A stretch of 64,000 nt of DNA from a bacterium. GTDB lineage: Bacteria > Patescibacteriota > Minisyncoccia > UBA6257 > WO2-44-18. A program made the translations under genes and the position numbers. The stretch is from NCBI GenBank assembly GCA_030689595.1, contig JAUYHP010000008.1, positions 32,589 through 96,588 of the forward strand, in the 5' to 3' direction. This document shows, piece by piece, positions 9,120 through 18,378 of this stretch. The notes beneath the pieces were generated by a model. That model searched no databases and was not told where the DNA came from. It saw only the letters and a list, made by a program, of their open reading frames with translations. Each line of letters begins with the position of its first letter. Position 1 is the stretch's first letter.

Positions 9120-10082
9120 ATGAGCGGCCTTAATATAAAACCTGAATCCATAAGCGCCCTAGCCGGAAAAACAGCGCTTGTTGTCGGCGATATAATGTTA
9201 GATCGGTATACGTTTGGTGAAATTACCAGAGTTTCGCCGGAGTCGGCTGCGGCCCCAGTAGTCAAGAAAATAAAAGAAAAGTTTGTTTTGGGTGGGGCTG
9301 CCAACGTAGCAAGTAACATAGTCGGTTTGGGTGCCCAGGTATATTTATGCGGCGTCATAGGCCAAGATCAATACAAAGAGATCGTCATATCATTATTAAA
9401 TGAGCGCGGGATAAATAGCGATAGCATATTATTAAGCCAGGAAAAGCCTACTACTGTTAAGCAGAGGCTTATAGTTAATAATCGTCAAATAGCGCGCATA
9501 GATGATGAGAGCACGGCACCACTGGATAAAGAAGAGGATAGAAAATTATTGGTTTACATAATCAAGGCATTGGAAAAAAGCGATGTGATTATATTTTCTG
9601 ACTATGCCAAGGGAGTTATATCTAAAAATCTTGCCAGCAACATTATCAATCTAGCTAAAAAGAAAAACAAAAAAATTATTGGCGATATAAAGCCGATAAA
9701 CAAATCACTATTTCGTGATATCGATGTCATAACGCCGAATATAAAAGAAGCCGAGGAGTTATCGGGTGAAAAAGATCTATCTAAAATTGGCCCCAAGTTG
9801 GTAAGCGATTTTAATGCTGATGTAATAATTACTCGTGGCGCAGATGGCGCTAGTTTGTTTTGCAAAAATGGCGACATACATCATTTACCCGCTCACGGCG
9901 CCCAGGCTTTCGATGTTACGGGGGCGGGGGATACGTTTGTAGCTACATTGTCGCTAGCCTTAGCTACCGGGCAATCTTTGCCGCAATCAACATTTTTGGC
10001 CAATTGCGCCAGCAGTATAGTAGTCCGCAAAATTGGCACTGATATTGTTTCTTTGGCGGAAATAAAAAAGGAGCTACTTTAG
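9120..10082 (+). CDS. hldE: D-glycero-beta-D-manno-heptose-7-phosphate kinase (RfaE domain I only)
   Basis: TALVVGDIMLDRY...RVSPESAAAPVV...GGAANVASN matches the HldE kinase domain, and the C-terminal GAGDTF is a PfkB-family motif. No adenylyltransferase domain is present. Confidence 0.75.
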   Translation: MSGLNIKPESISALAGKTALVVGDIMLDRYTFGEITRVSPESAAAPVVKKIKEKFVLGGAANVASNIVGLGAQVYLCGVIGQDQYKEIVISLLNERGINSDSILLSQEKPTTVKQRLIVNNRQIARIDDESTAPLDKEEDRKLLVYIIKALEKSDVIIFSDYAKGVISKNLASNIINLAKKKNKKIIGDIKPINKSLFRDIDVITPNIKEAEELSGEKDLSKIGPKLVSDFNADVIITRGADGASLFCKNGDIHHLPAHGAQAFDVTGAGDTFVATLSLALATGQSLPQSTFLANCASSIVVRKIGTDIVSLAEIKKELL

Positions 10083-10086
10083 CTCC

Positions 10087-10407
10087 TCAGTCTGGCTGGA
10101 GGCCGCTGATTTTAGTGAACCAATCATCATAGATTTTCTGGGCTTGAGGCGAAAGGTCGCCTTTGACTTTATACACCTTGACGTCCACGTCCATTATTCT
10201 GATGCGCGGGATATCAAAATTGCTGACCTCGAACTTAATTAAGAATGACACTGGGAATCCGTACGACTGGATTTCATCGCGTAAACGTTTGGCTCTCTCT
10301 ATAGCTGGTGCGGCAGCTTGGCGATCTTTGTGTATATTTGCTTTAAGTATCTTTCGTAACTCAGCGACCAACTTTCTGATCTTGAGCAGTATATCCCGAT
10401 TGGTCAT
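10087..10407 (-). CDS. Hypothetical protein
   Basis: 106-aa ORF, convergent with hldE. Confidence 0.3.
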   Translation of the reverse strand: MTNRDILLKIRKLVAELRKILKANIHKDRQAAAPAIERAKRLRDEIQSYGFPVSFLIKFEVSNFDIPRIRIMDVDVKVYKVKGDLSPQAQKIYDDWFTKISGLQPD

Positions 10408-10456
10408 ACCCCCTCCCTTTCTATGAGCTACTCTTATTTTACCTCTGATTAGATTA

Positions 10457-12124
10457 ATGCGTCAAAGTTGTGCAATAATAAAGACAATGGATTTGGCTGC
10501 TGAAATTAAAAAAATAATTGCTGGTGATGTTTTTGCCGATGAGGCGACTCTTAAAAAATATAGCCGCGACGCCAGCTTGTTTTCGGTTAAGCCGCAAATC
10601 GTTGTCTTCCCTAAAAACATCGACGACATCAAGTCCGTCGTTAAGTTTGTTAACAAAAATAAGACACAATATCCCGGACTTTCGATTACCGCTCGTTCAG
10701 CTGGCACCGATATGACCGGCGGCCCATTAAACGAATCCATCATTTTAGACTTCACCAAATATTTTAATAAACTCAAAAAGCTGGAGGGCGAATACGCCGT
10801 GGTAGAGCCGGGCATGTTCTATAGAGATTTTGAAGAAGAGACGCTCAAGCAAGGCACGATTATGCCTTCATACCCAGCATCTAAAAGCCTTTGCGCCTTG
10901 GGCGGCATGGTGGCTAATAATGCTGGTGGCGAGAAATCTTTGATTTATGGGAAAACGATAGATTATGTCGAGGAATTAAAAGTAATATTGAGTGATGGCG
11001 AGGAATATCGGCTGCAAGATCTTTCAGGCCCTGAATTAAAAGCCAAAATACAACAATCTAATTTTGAGGGTCAACTATACAATCGAGTTCATGCTTTGTT
11101 GGATAAAAATTATGATTTAATTCAAAAAGCTAAGCCGAACGTCTCCAAAAACTCTAGTGGTTATTATCTTTGGGAGGCGGGGGACAGGCAAAGTCTCAAT
11201 CTGGCTAAATTAATGATTGGCGCTCAAGGCACCTTGGGTATTATTACAGAAATAAAAATGCGCCTTGTTAAGACCAAGCAATCCAGTGGCATGGGCGTGG
11301 TTTTCGTGAAAAATCTGTCGCAACTTTCCGGACTAATACAAAAAGTTTTACCACTTAAACCGTCCAGCTTCGAATCTTTCGATTACAAAACACTCAAATT
11401 AGCTATTAGATTTTTCCCACGCCTACTCAAATCTATTGGAGCAAAAAATTTATTTAGTTTAGGGTTAAGCTTTCTACCAGATCTATGGACTATTCTCACT
11501 TTCGGCATGCCCAAGTTGGTTTTGCTGGTTGAATTTGAAGAGAACAGCCAAGAAGAGGTTGCCTCAAAGCTATCCTCGCTTAGCGAAGCCTTGAAAGGAG
11601 CGGGGGTCAAGTTACTTTTAGCCAAAAACAAACAGCAGACTAATAAATATTGGACCATGCGTCGGGAAAGCTTTAACTTGCTACGCCAGAAAGTCAAAGA
11701 CAAAAGCACAGCGCCGTTTATTGACGATGTTATTGTTCTGCCTGAAAAGCTGCCAGAATTTTTGCCTAAATTATATGAAATTCTTAACAAATATAAGTTG
11801 AATTACACCATCGCTGGGCATATGGGCAATGGTAATTTTCATGTTATCCCTCTTATGAATCTTGAAGACGACGAGGAGCTTCAAAAGATACCAGCTGCCG
11901 CCGACGAAGTTTATAAATTGGTTTTGGATTTTAACGGCTCTATTTCAGCTGAGCACAACGATGGGCTCATCCGCTCACCTTATTTGTTAAAGATGTTTGG
12001 CGCTGAAGTATATGAGCTATTTAAACAGACCAAAAATATTTTTGACCCAAATAATATTTTTAATCCCGGCAAGAAGGTGGGGGCTACAATGAAATATGCG
12101 CTGGAACATATTCAACCCAAGTAA
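10457..12124 (+). CDS. FAD-linked oxidase (GlcD/D-lactate dehydrogenase-like)
   Basis: The N-terminal FAD_binding_4-like region (VVFPKNIDDIKSVVKF...ITARSAGTDMTGG) and C-terminal HNDGLIRS are typical of FAD-oxidase C domains. The start may be the internal MDLAAEIKK at 10487. Confidence 0.7.
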   Translation: MRQSCAIIKTMDLAAEIKKIIAGDVFADEATLKKYSRDASLFSVKPQIVVFPKNIDDIKSVVKFVNKNKTQYPGLSITARSAGTDMTGGPLNESIILDFTKYFNKLKKLEGEYAVVEPGMFYRDFEEETLKQGTIMPSYPASKSLCALGGMVANNAGGEKSLIYGKTIDYVEELKVILSDGEEYRLQDLSGPELKAKIQQSNFEGQLYNRVHALLDKNYDLIQKAKPNVSKNSSGYYLWEAGDRQSLNLAKLMIGAQGTLGIITEIKMRLVKTKQSSGMGVVFVKNLSQLSGLIQKVLPLKPSSFESFDYKTLKLAIRFFPRLLKSIGAKNLFSLGLSFLPDLWTILTFGMPKLVLLVEFEENSQEEVASKLSSLSEALKGAGVKLLLAKNKQQTNKYWTMRRESFNLLRQKVKDKSTAPFIDDVIVLPEKLPEFLPKLYEILNKYKLNYTIAGHMGNGNFHVIPLMNLEDDEELQKIPAAADEVYKLVLDFNGSISAEHNDGLIRSPYLLKMFGAEVYELFKQTKNIFDPNNIFNPGKKVGATMKYALEHIQPK

Positions 12125-12129
12125 TAGCC

Positions 12130-12771
12130 ATGGAAGATCTCAAAAAGCGAGCCGCCAAGATAATAGTCATTCTTAAAAAGCTTTTTCCCAAATCCAAAAT
12201 AGCACTTAATTATTCTAATAATTGGGAGCTATTAGTGGCAGTGATTTTGTCGGCTCAATGTACCGACAAAAAAGTTAATGAGGTTACGGCTAGATTATTT
12301 AATAAATATCGCAAGCTAGACGATTATGTAGCAGCTTTCATCAGTCACAAGAAGATCGAAGAATTTGAACAAGACATCCGGTCTACTGGCTTTTATCGTA
12401 GCAAAGCTAAAAATATTTTAGCTGCGGCAAAAATCGTCAAAAATAAATACAAAGGCAAATTGCCACGTACTATGGAGGAGATGCTGGAATTGCCGGGCGT
12501 GGCTCGCAAAACTGCCAATGTAGTTTTGGGTAATGCTTATGGTGTGGTTGAGGGGGTAGCCGTTGATACACACGTTATCCGCCTATCGCAAAAATTGGGG
12601 TTAACTAAATATAAGGATCCGGTTAAAATAGAAAAAGACTTGATGGCAATCCTTCCAAAAAAAGAATGGTTTAATTTTACTTATCGCCTTATTGATTATG
12701 GGCGTAAATATTGCCCAGCAAAGCAAAAAGACCATTCTAAATGTCCGTTAAAGAAATTTTATATTAATTAA
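12130..12771 (+). CDS. nth: Endonuclease III-family DNA glycosylase (HhH-GPD) lacking the full 4Cys cluster
   Basis: Contains LVAVILSAQCTDKKVN, LPGVARKTANVVL and the catalytic Asp region. The C-terminus has only two Cys (CPAKQKDHSKC), not the C-x6-C-x2-C-x5-C cluster. Confidence 0.75.
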   Translation: MEDLKKRAAKIIVILKKLFPKSKIALNYSNNWELLVAVILSAQCTDKKVNEVTARLFNKYRKLDDYVAAFISHKKIEEFEQDIRSTGFYRSKAKNILAAAKIVKNKYKGKLPRTMEEMLELPGVARKTANVVLGNAYGVVEGVAVDTHVIRLSQKLGLTKYKDPVKIEKDLMAILPKKEWFNFTYRLIDYGRKYCPAKQKDHSKCPLKKFYIN

Positions 12772-12780
12772 TAACTTATA

Positions 12781-13101
12781 ATGATCAATTACGAAGAATT
12801 TAAAAAAGTAGAGTTAAAAGTGGCCAAGGTTTTATCAGCCGAGCGTATTGAGGGTTCGGAGAAATTATTGAAGTTGCAGGTTGATATTGGTGCGGAGCAG
12901 CGTCAAATAATTGCTGGCGTCGGCAAGGTGTATGAGCCGGAGGCGTTAGTTGGTAGAAAAATCGTGATAGTTGCCAATTTAGAGCCGCGTTCATTAATGG
13001 GCCTAGAAAGCCAAGGGATGTTGTTGGCGGCTGATAGTGCGGGTGGGCCTGTCTTGTTAATGCCTGACAAGGAAATATCTCCAGGGGCGGGCATTGAATA
13101 G
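12781..13101 (+). CDS. tRNA-binding domain protein (CsaA/Trbp111-like)
   Basis: ELKVAKVLSAERIEGSEKLLKLQVDIG matches the EMAP/tRNA-binding OB fold. Confidence 0.7.
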   Translation: MINYEEFKKVELKVAKVLSAERIEGSEKLLKLQVDIGAEQRQIIAGVGKVYEPEALVGRKIVIVANLEPRSLMGLESQGMLLAADSAGGPVLLMPDKEISPGAGIE

Positions 13102-13205
13102 TATCTCGACAATCATCCTAGCGTTATGTTATATATGTGTTCATATTAGGCACAAGCCCAACATCAATTTACCAATGCAGACTGGGTTTAGTGAATGATC
13201 AATAT

Positions 13206-13238
13206 AAAAACCCCCGACTAAGGTCGGGGGTTATTTTT
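13206..13238. terminator. Bidirectional rho-independent terminator
   Basis: AAAAACCCCCGAC-TAAG-GTCGGGGGTTATTTTT between convergent genes. Confidence 0.75.
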
Positions 13239-13745
13239 AAATCTTTGTTGGCGGCGCTGATCGGCTTCTTGAAAGCGCCTATTTTCGGATTTAGTTTCTG
13301 GAATGACAGGCCTAATCTTTATTGGTCGGTTGTGGCTATCTATTGCCACAAACGTCAGATATGCCGAAACAACATGCCGAACAAAGTCATTGTAAATATT
13401 TTCAGCAAAAACCTTAACGCCGATTTCCATGGATGTATTCCAGACTCTATTTACAGCCACCTTGAAAACCAACACTTCACCAGACTTGGCTGGCTCTAAA
13501 AATCTTAGAGAGTCTAGGCTTAGGGTTACGCAAACCTCTCCGCTATGACGACGAGCCACTGCCCCGGCTAAGCGATCTACTTCCAGCATTATAGCCCCAC
13601 CGAAGACAGTGTTGTGAGCATTCAAATCGTTAGGGAAAACCTCGTAAATATGATCGTTAACAGCTGATTCGCCCACCTTTCTGCCAGTCATATAGCGCCT
13701 CCTAAAGTGCTGCTCGTATGATATCATTAAATGGTATATACTCAA
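13218..13745 (-). CDS. Acyl-CoA thioesterase (hotdog fold, YciA-like)
   Basis: PNDLNAHNTVFGGAIM and VAVNRVWNTSMEIGVKV are hotdog thioesterase motifs. The start is possibly the internal MTGRK. Confidence 0.65.
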   Translation of the reverse strand: MSIYHLMISYEQHFRRRYMTGRKVGESAVNDHIYEVFPNDLNAHNTVFGGAIMLEVDRLAGAVARRHSGEVCVTLSLDSLRFLEPAKSGEVLVFKVAVNRVWNTSMEIGVKVFAENIYNDFVRHVVSAYLTFVAIDSHNRPIKIRPVIPETKSENRRFQEADQRRQQRFKNNPRP

Positions 13746-14534
13746 GCCATGAGCAAAGAATCATTGGTAACCGGCTCTGCCGAAAACCAAGAACATAAAG
13801 AAATAATCGAGCACCATCATGAATCTCTCAAAGTGGCACTGAAAGAACAGGCTGATAAATTGAGGAAGGATGGGTTTGATGTAGATGACGATGCTAGAAT
13901 CTCTGTGCAGAAATTCAAGGATTTTTTTAGCGCTAACACCTTTGATGATGATGTTGAGGCAGTTAGGAAATTGGATGCCTCAATTGATGCCGGGGCTAAG
14001 ACCGAAGAAGGCGCTAGGGTGAGGGGAGAGGTTTTAGAAATGGCCAAAACAATTATTTTTAATAGCGAGATCTTTGGCGGTAGGTTGGTAGCACTTCGAA
14101 CGACAAAGTATGATGATTACAAAAACGGAGTTGACGAGATGATAATTGATCGACAAACAGGCGAAGCCATGGCTGCCCTCGACACTACTACCGATCTAAG
14201 CTCCAAGATGCAAGCTCCAGCGATTATGAAAAGGGTTGCTGGTGGCTGTAGGGTAAAATATGGATTAAAATTAGATGTAGACACAAATCAAATAAGCAGA
14301 TATACTCATAATCGATTGCCGCTATTTATTATATCTGTATCTATTGAGAACTTAGCTAAAGCGGCGCAGAGTATTGTTACTGGCGTCAGCAACGAATATC
14401 GTAAAGAGCTAGAAGAATATTTTAAGAGCTCTTTTGTCGGACAAGCGAAAGCGGCTAGTGATGTCGAGGCGATCAATGTTAATGTCCGTGCTGCCTATAG
14501 CCGAGTAGCCCAAATATTTGATAGTATTAAGTAA
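13731..14534 (+). CDS. Hypothetical cytoplasmic protein
   Basis: 267-aa ORF with no TM helices and no recognisable motifs. Confidence 0.4.
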   Translation: MVYTQAMSKESLVTGSAENQEHKEIIEHHHESLKVALKEQADKLRKDGFDVDDDARISVQKFKDFFSANTFDDDVEAVRKLDASIDAGAKTEEGARVRGEVLEMAKTIIFNSEIFGGRLVALRTTKYDDYKNGVDEMIIDRQTGEAMAALDTTTDLSSKMQAPAIMKRVAGGCRVKYGLKLDVDTNQISRYTHNRLPLFIISVSIENLAKAAQSIVTGVSNEYRKELEEYFKSSFVGQAKAASDVEAINVNVRAAYSRVAQIFDSIK

Positions 14535-14544
14535 TATATAAAAA

Positions 14545-15264
14545 ATGAGAAATCGATTTATGTTAGACAGTAGAGGGTTCCTGACAGTGCCGATGGCTAT
14601 TATTCTGGCCGCACTCATTATTGCGGGGGCGGTAATCTATGCTACGGGTCCTTCGGATAGAGCTAATAATGACCAGCCCGCAAACACGGCCAATGTTTTA
14701 GACAATTTAGCCCCCGTAGACGCCAATGATCACATTTGGGGTAGTCGGGATGCTGCAGTTAAAGTAGTTGAGTTTTCTGATACCGAATGTCCGTTTTGCA
14801 AAAGATTTCATTATACGATGAAGAATATAATGGCCGAATATGCCGAAAGTGGTCAAGTGGCTTGGGTTTATCGGCATTTCCCGATAGATAGTTTACACCC
14901 CAAGGCACGAAAAGAATCTCAGGCATTAGAATGTGCGGCTGATCTAGGCGGAAATGAAAAGTTCTGGCTTTATTTAGATCGCTTATTCGAGGTCACGCCA
15001 TCAAATAATGGGTTAGATTTGAACGAGCTTCCAAACATAGCTAGCTATGTTGGTCTGGATAGATCTAAATTTGAAGCCTGTCTTGGTAGCTCAAAGTTTT
15101 TAGATGTCATACAAGCCGATTATGATGAGGCCGTTAAGTCAGGTGCTCGTGGCACGCCATTTAGCGTTGTTGTCGCGGCCGATGGTCAAAAATTTAGCTT
15201 AGATGGAGCCCAGCCTTATTCGGCCGTTAAGCAGATAATTGATGCGGCACTAAGTGCTAAATAA
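14545..15264 (+). CDS. DsbA-like thiol:disulfide oxidoreductase, membrane-anchored
   Basis: N-terminal TM helix plus a CPFC thioredoxin-fold active site (TECPFCKRF). Confidence 0.65.
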   Translation: MRNRFMLDSRGFLTVPMAIILAALIIAGAVIYATGPSDRANNDQPANTANVLDNLAPVDANDHIWGSRDAAVKVVEFSDTECPFCKRFHYTMKNIMAEYAESGQVAWVYRHFPIDSLHPKARKESQALECAADLGGNEKFWLYLDRLFEVTPSNNGLDLNELPNIASYVGLDRSKFEACLGSSKFLDVIQADYDEAVKSGARGTPFSVVVAADGQKFSLDGAQPYSAVKQIIDAALSAK

Positions 15265-15754
15265 TATCCCAATGAAAGAAACTCTAATAGCTTCACCAAA
15301 GGACATCTTTTTGCACTTACTAGTTATAATAACCCTTTATTTTAGTGCCGGTAGTTTTATGGCTCTTATTTTTCAATATATAAACATCGGCTTCCCGGAT
15401 GCGGTATCGCCAGATGGTTATTACGGCTCACAATCATCTTACAGCACCATACGCTGGTCTATTGCCTCGCTTATAGTAATATTCCCAATATATTTATTCA
15501 CGAGTCGATTTCTTAACAAAAGCTACGAAATAACCCCTGATAAGCGTAATTTGCGAATTCGTAAATGGTTAATATATTTCACTTTATTCATAGCGGCTCT
15601 GATAATTATCGGTGATTTAGTAACATTAATATTCAATTTCCTAGATGGTGAATTAACCACACGCTTTTTGCTTAAAGTCACGACAGTGTTCTTCGTAGCC
15701 GGATCGGCGTTCTGGTACTATTTCTATGACCTAAGAAAATATAAGACCGAATAA
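15254..15754 (+). CDS. Membrane protein
   Basis: Four predicted TM helices. Confidence 0.4.
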   Translation: MLNNIPMKETLIASPKDIFLHLLVIITLYFSAGSFMALIFQYINIGFPDAVSPDGYYGSQSSYSTIRWSIASLIVIFPIYLFTSRFLNKSYEITPDKRNLRIRKWLIYFTLFIAALIIIGDLVTLIFNFLDGELTTRFLLKVTTVFFVAGSAFWYYFYDLRKYKTE

Positions 15755-16240
15755 ATGAAATATTTTGTTTACACCATCATAGGCATTGTGAGCGCCGCTG
15801 TAATAGCCGGGTTCTTTATAGTCGGCTCTCCTGCAGAAGGCAGGTTGCACAAGCTCGATGATCGTAGGGTGCAAGATCTTCAATTTATTCAAAACGAGAT
15901 CGTCAACTATTGGTCAAACAAAGAACGCCTTCCACAAAGTTTTTATGACCTGGAAGCCGATACTTTGCGCGGCGTGGTTGTGCCAAGCGACCCAGAAACT
16001 GGCGAGTTATATATTTATGAAATAAAAGATGCAGATAAATTAGAATTTTCCCTGTGTGCCGTATTTGCTCGACCCAGTCTGGATGCTGATCCATTAGTTA
16101 AACCCACCCACCAACGTGGAGATTATTATTCTAGCCAACAAAATTGGCAGCACGATGTTGGGGCTGTCTGTTTTGACAGGTCTATCGATAAGGACGTCTA
16201 TGGCCAAGATAGGCTCGCCCCAGCTAAGCCCATCTATTGA
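15755..16240 (+). CDS. Membrane-anchored hypothetical protein
   Basis: One N-terminal TM helix. Its start abuts the previous stop codon. Confidence 0.4.
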   Translation: MKYFVYTIIGIVSAAVIAGFFIVGSPAEGRLHKLDDRRVQDLQFIQNEIVNYWSNKERLPQSFYDLEADTLRGVVVPSDPETGELYIYEIKDADKLEFSLCAVFARPSLDADPLVKPTHQRGDYYSSQQNWQHDVGAVCFDRSIDKDVYGQDRLAPAKPIY

Positions 16241-16307
16241 TGGCGTCGCTCGTGTGTGCTATGCTATTTGGATAGGTCGCAGTAATTAAATATTAATTAA
16301 GCTAATT

Positions 16308-17030
16308 ATGATCAAGAATATTTTATCAACCGCGCTTTCTTTGGCCCTAGTTTTGCCAACTGGTGCTAATGTTGTTTTGGCGCAAGAGGTTGACGCTCAA
16401 GCTCACAGCGCTGATCGACAAGCCGCCGCACAGGAAAGGCGAGAGGCTGCGAAAGTCGCCACTACAGAAAAGCGTGAAATGGCTCGCGAAAATATGGAGG
16501 CCGTTAGAGCAGAAGCCAAGGAGAGAGTCGAAGCCAAGAAGGCGGAACTTAAAGAAAGATTACAGAATATTAAAGACGAAAGGAAAAGGCAGGCAGTTGA
16601 AAGAATAAATGATGGCCTAGCCAAATTAAATGATCGCTTCACCCAACATTTATCTAGCTTTTTAGATAAACTAGTCAGCGTTTTGGATAGAATCGGAGAG
16701 CGCGTGCAGAAGGCTTCTGATCGTGGCTTAGATGTAGTTGCTGCTAATACAGCGATTGCCAGTGCTGAAGCTGCCATAGATGCCGCTAAACAAACCGTCG
16801 CCAACCAGGCCGCCATGGTTTATGAGTTGGTGATCAATACTGAAGATACTTTGCGATCCGATATTGGTATGGCTCGTCAGGCGCTTCATGATGACTTGAT
16901 GGCCGCCAGAGAGGCTGTTAAGGCTGCCAAGCAGAGCGTACACGATGCAGCAGTAGCCTTCGGACAATTACATAACCAGGAGCAAGAGGAACAAAGCGAT
17001 AACGGCGAGGCTTCGGAGCCAGCTGAATAA
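16308..17030 (+). CDS. Secreted coiled-coil protein rich in Ala, Glu, Lys and Arg
   Basis: Signal peptide (LALVLPTGANVVLAQE), then low-complexity heptad-like repeats. Confidence 0.5.
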   Translation: MIKNILSTALSLALVLPTGANVVLAQEVDAQAHSADRQAAAQERREAAKVATTEKREMARENMEAVRAEAKERVEAKKAELKERLQNIKDERKRQAVERINDGLAKLNDRFTQHLSSFLDKLVSVLDRIGERVQKASDRGLDVVAANTAIASAEAAIDAAKQTVANQAAMVYELVINTEDTLRSDIGMARQALHDDLMAAREAVKAAKQSVHDAAVAFGQLHNQEQEEQSDNGEASEPAE

Positions 17031-17051
17031 TATAATTAATTAAGTAAAGAA

Positions 17052-17240
17052 ATGAAGAAATCATTAATCCTTTTATTAGTTGTTGCAGTAATAGTAGTAA
17101 TAGTGGTCTGGACATCTAGCTCAGCTCCGACCGATGACCAGGGAGCTCTGGAAGAGATCAGCCAAGACTTAGATAGCCTTGAGTTAAATGATCTTGAGCA
17201 AGAGCTTGAATCCATCGATCAAGAATTAGAGAATCTCTAG
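17052..17240 (+). CDS. Small TM protein with an acidic Leu-Glu-rich tail
   Basis: 62 aa; an N-terminal TM helix followed by LDSLELNDLEQELESIDQELENL. Confidence 0.35.
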   Translation: MKKSLILLLVVAVIVVIVVWTSSSAPTDDQGALEEISQDLDSLELNDLEQELESIDQELENL

Positions 17241-17253
17241 ACTACCATGAAAT

Positions 17254-17282
17254 AGCCCCGCACTGCGGGGTTATTTCCTTTT
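17254..17282 (+). terminator. Rho-independent terminator
   Basis: CCCCGC-ACT-GCGGGG then TTATTTCCTTTT. Confidence 0.6.
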
Positions 17283-17295
17283 CGCGGGACTATAC

Positions 17296-17868
17296 ATGTT
17301 AACAACAAAATATATTCTAATATCACTGCTGATCCCTGCGTTATTATCGGGGGTGGCTTTTGCCAGTGGGAACGATTTTGACCCGGCAATCACGCCAACT
17401 AATCCGCTATATTTTTTAAAAGAGTGGGGTCGTAGTATAAAACTATTTTTCACATTTAGTCCCACTGCTAAAGCAGAATTAGAATTAAAAATTTTGAACC
17501 AAAAAGCAGCCGAGATTATAAAGGTTAAAAAACTCCGTCCGGATGATCTGGAGGCGATTGAAGATGCTTTTGCAAGCTATCAAGAGTCTCAAAAGGCGGT
17601 GGTCGCTAGAATCAATAAGCTGAAAGGCTCGTCTGCCACTTCGGCATTTTTGAATGATTTCATTAGCCAAGCGGCCGATGTATCTACCAAACACTTCAAA
17701 AATTTTAAAAGCGCACTGGTTGATTTAGACAATCTAGTGGGCGCTTCGCAGTTGGTTCGCTCCTCCTTAGAGGGGGCTAGTGACTTAGTTGTATCGGCTT
17801 ACCAAAAACTGCCGGAAGTTTTTGAAGAGTTTGATAAACTGTCAGACAAGCTCAATATACTTGAATAG
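17296..17868 (+). CDS. Secreted hypothetical protein
   Basis: Signal peptide (LLSGVAFASG). Confidence 0.45.
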   Translation: MLTTKYILISLLIPALLSGVAFASGNDFDPAITPTNPLYFLKEWGRSIKLFFTFSPTAKAELELKILNQKAAEIIKVKKLRPDDLEAIEDAFASYQESQKAVVARINKLKGSSATSAFLNDFISQAADVSTKHFKNFKSALVDLDNLVGASQLVRSSLEGASDLVVSAYQKLPEVFEEFDKLSDKLNILE

Positions 17869-17871
17869 CAC

Positions 17872-18315
17872 CTAGGCGGGCGTTGGGCAGTCAACGTCTT
17901 TATTTCCTGAAATAGCATCCTTGATCTCCTCTTTTATCTCCTCGACAATTTTAGCGGTCGCTGTATTAATTGGCCCAGGATCAGTGTTTATGGCCTTAAT
18001 CTTTTCTAATATATTAGTGGATTCTTGTACGCTTGCCCGTAAAGCTTCTCGAAGGGGAGCTGGCAATGATTCTTGCATTTCTGGAGTTAACTCATCGAGC
18101 AACCCCGCCAAGGCACCATCTAGTTTATTAATTAATTTCTCACGTCGTTGAGCCGGCGTCAGTAGGATGTTTTCTGCTTTATCCTTTATGTCCTGTGGCA
18201 AAAACTCCAGATCTGTTATTGAGTCAGAGATTTTTAATTTAGTATCAGGAGGCACTAGATAAACAAAGGCTAGCACCACTAGCACCAGTCCTATGATAGA
18301 GGTCAATAGTCTCAT
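17872..18315 (-). CDS. Secreted or membrane-anchored hypothetical protein
   Basis: N-terminal hydrophobic segment. Convergent with the previous gene. Confidence 0.45.
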   Translation of the reverse strand: MRLLTSIIGLVLVVLAFVYLVPPDTKLKISDSITDLEFLPQDIKDKAENILLTPAQRREKLINKLDGALAGLLDELTPEMQESLPAPLREALRASVQESTNILEKIKAINTDPGPINTATAKIVEEIKEEIKDAISGNKDVDCPTPA

Positions 18316-18378
18316 ATACTAATTATATTATATATTGCAACGGAAATCTAAAAGCTATAAGCTAAAAACTAAAGGATT

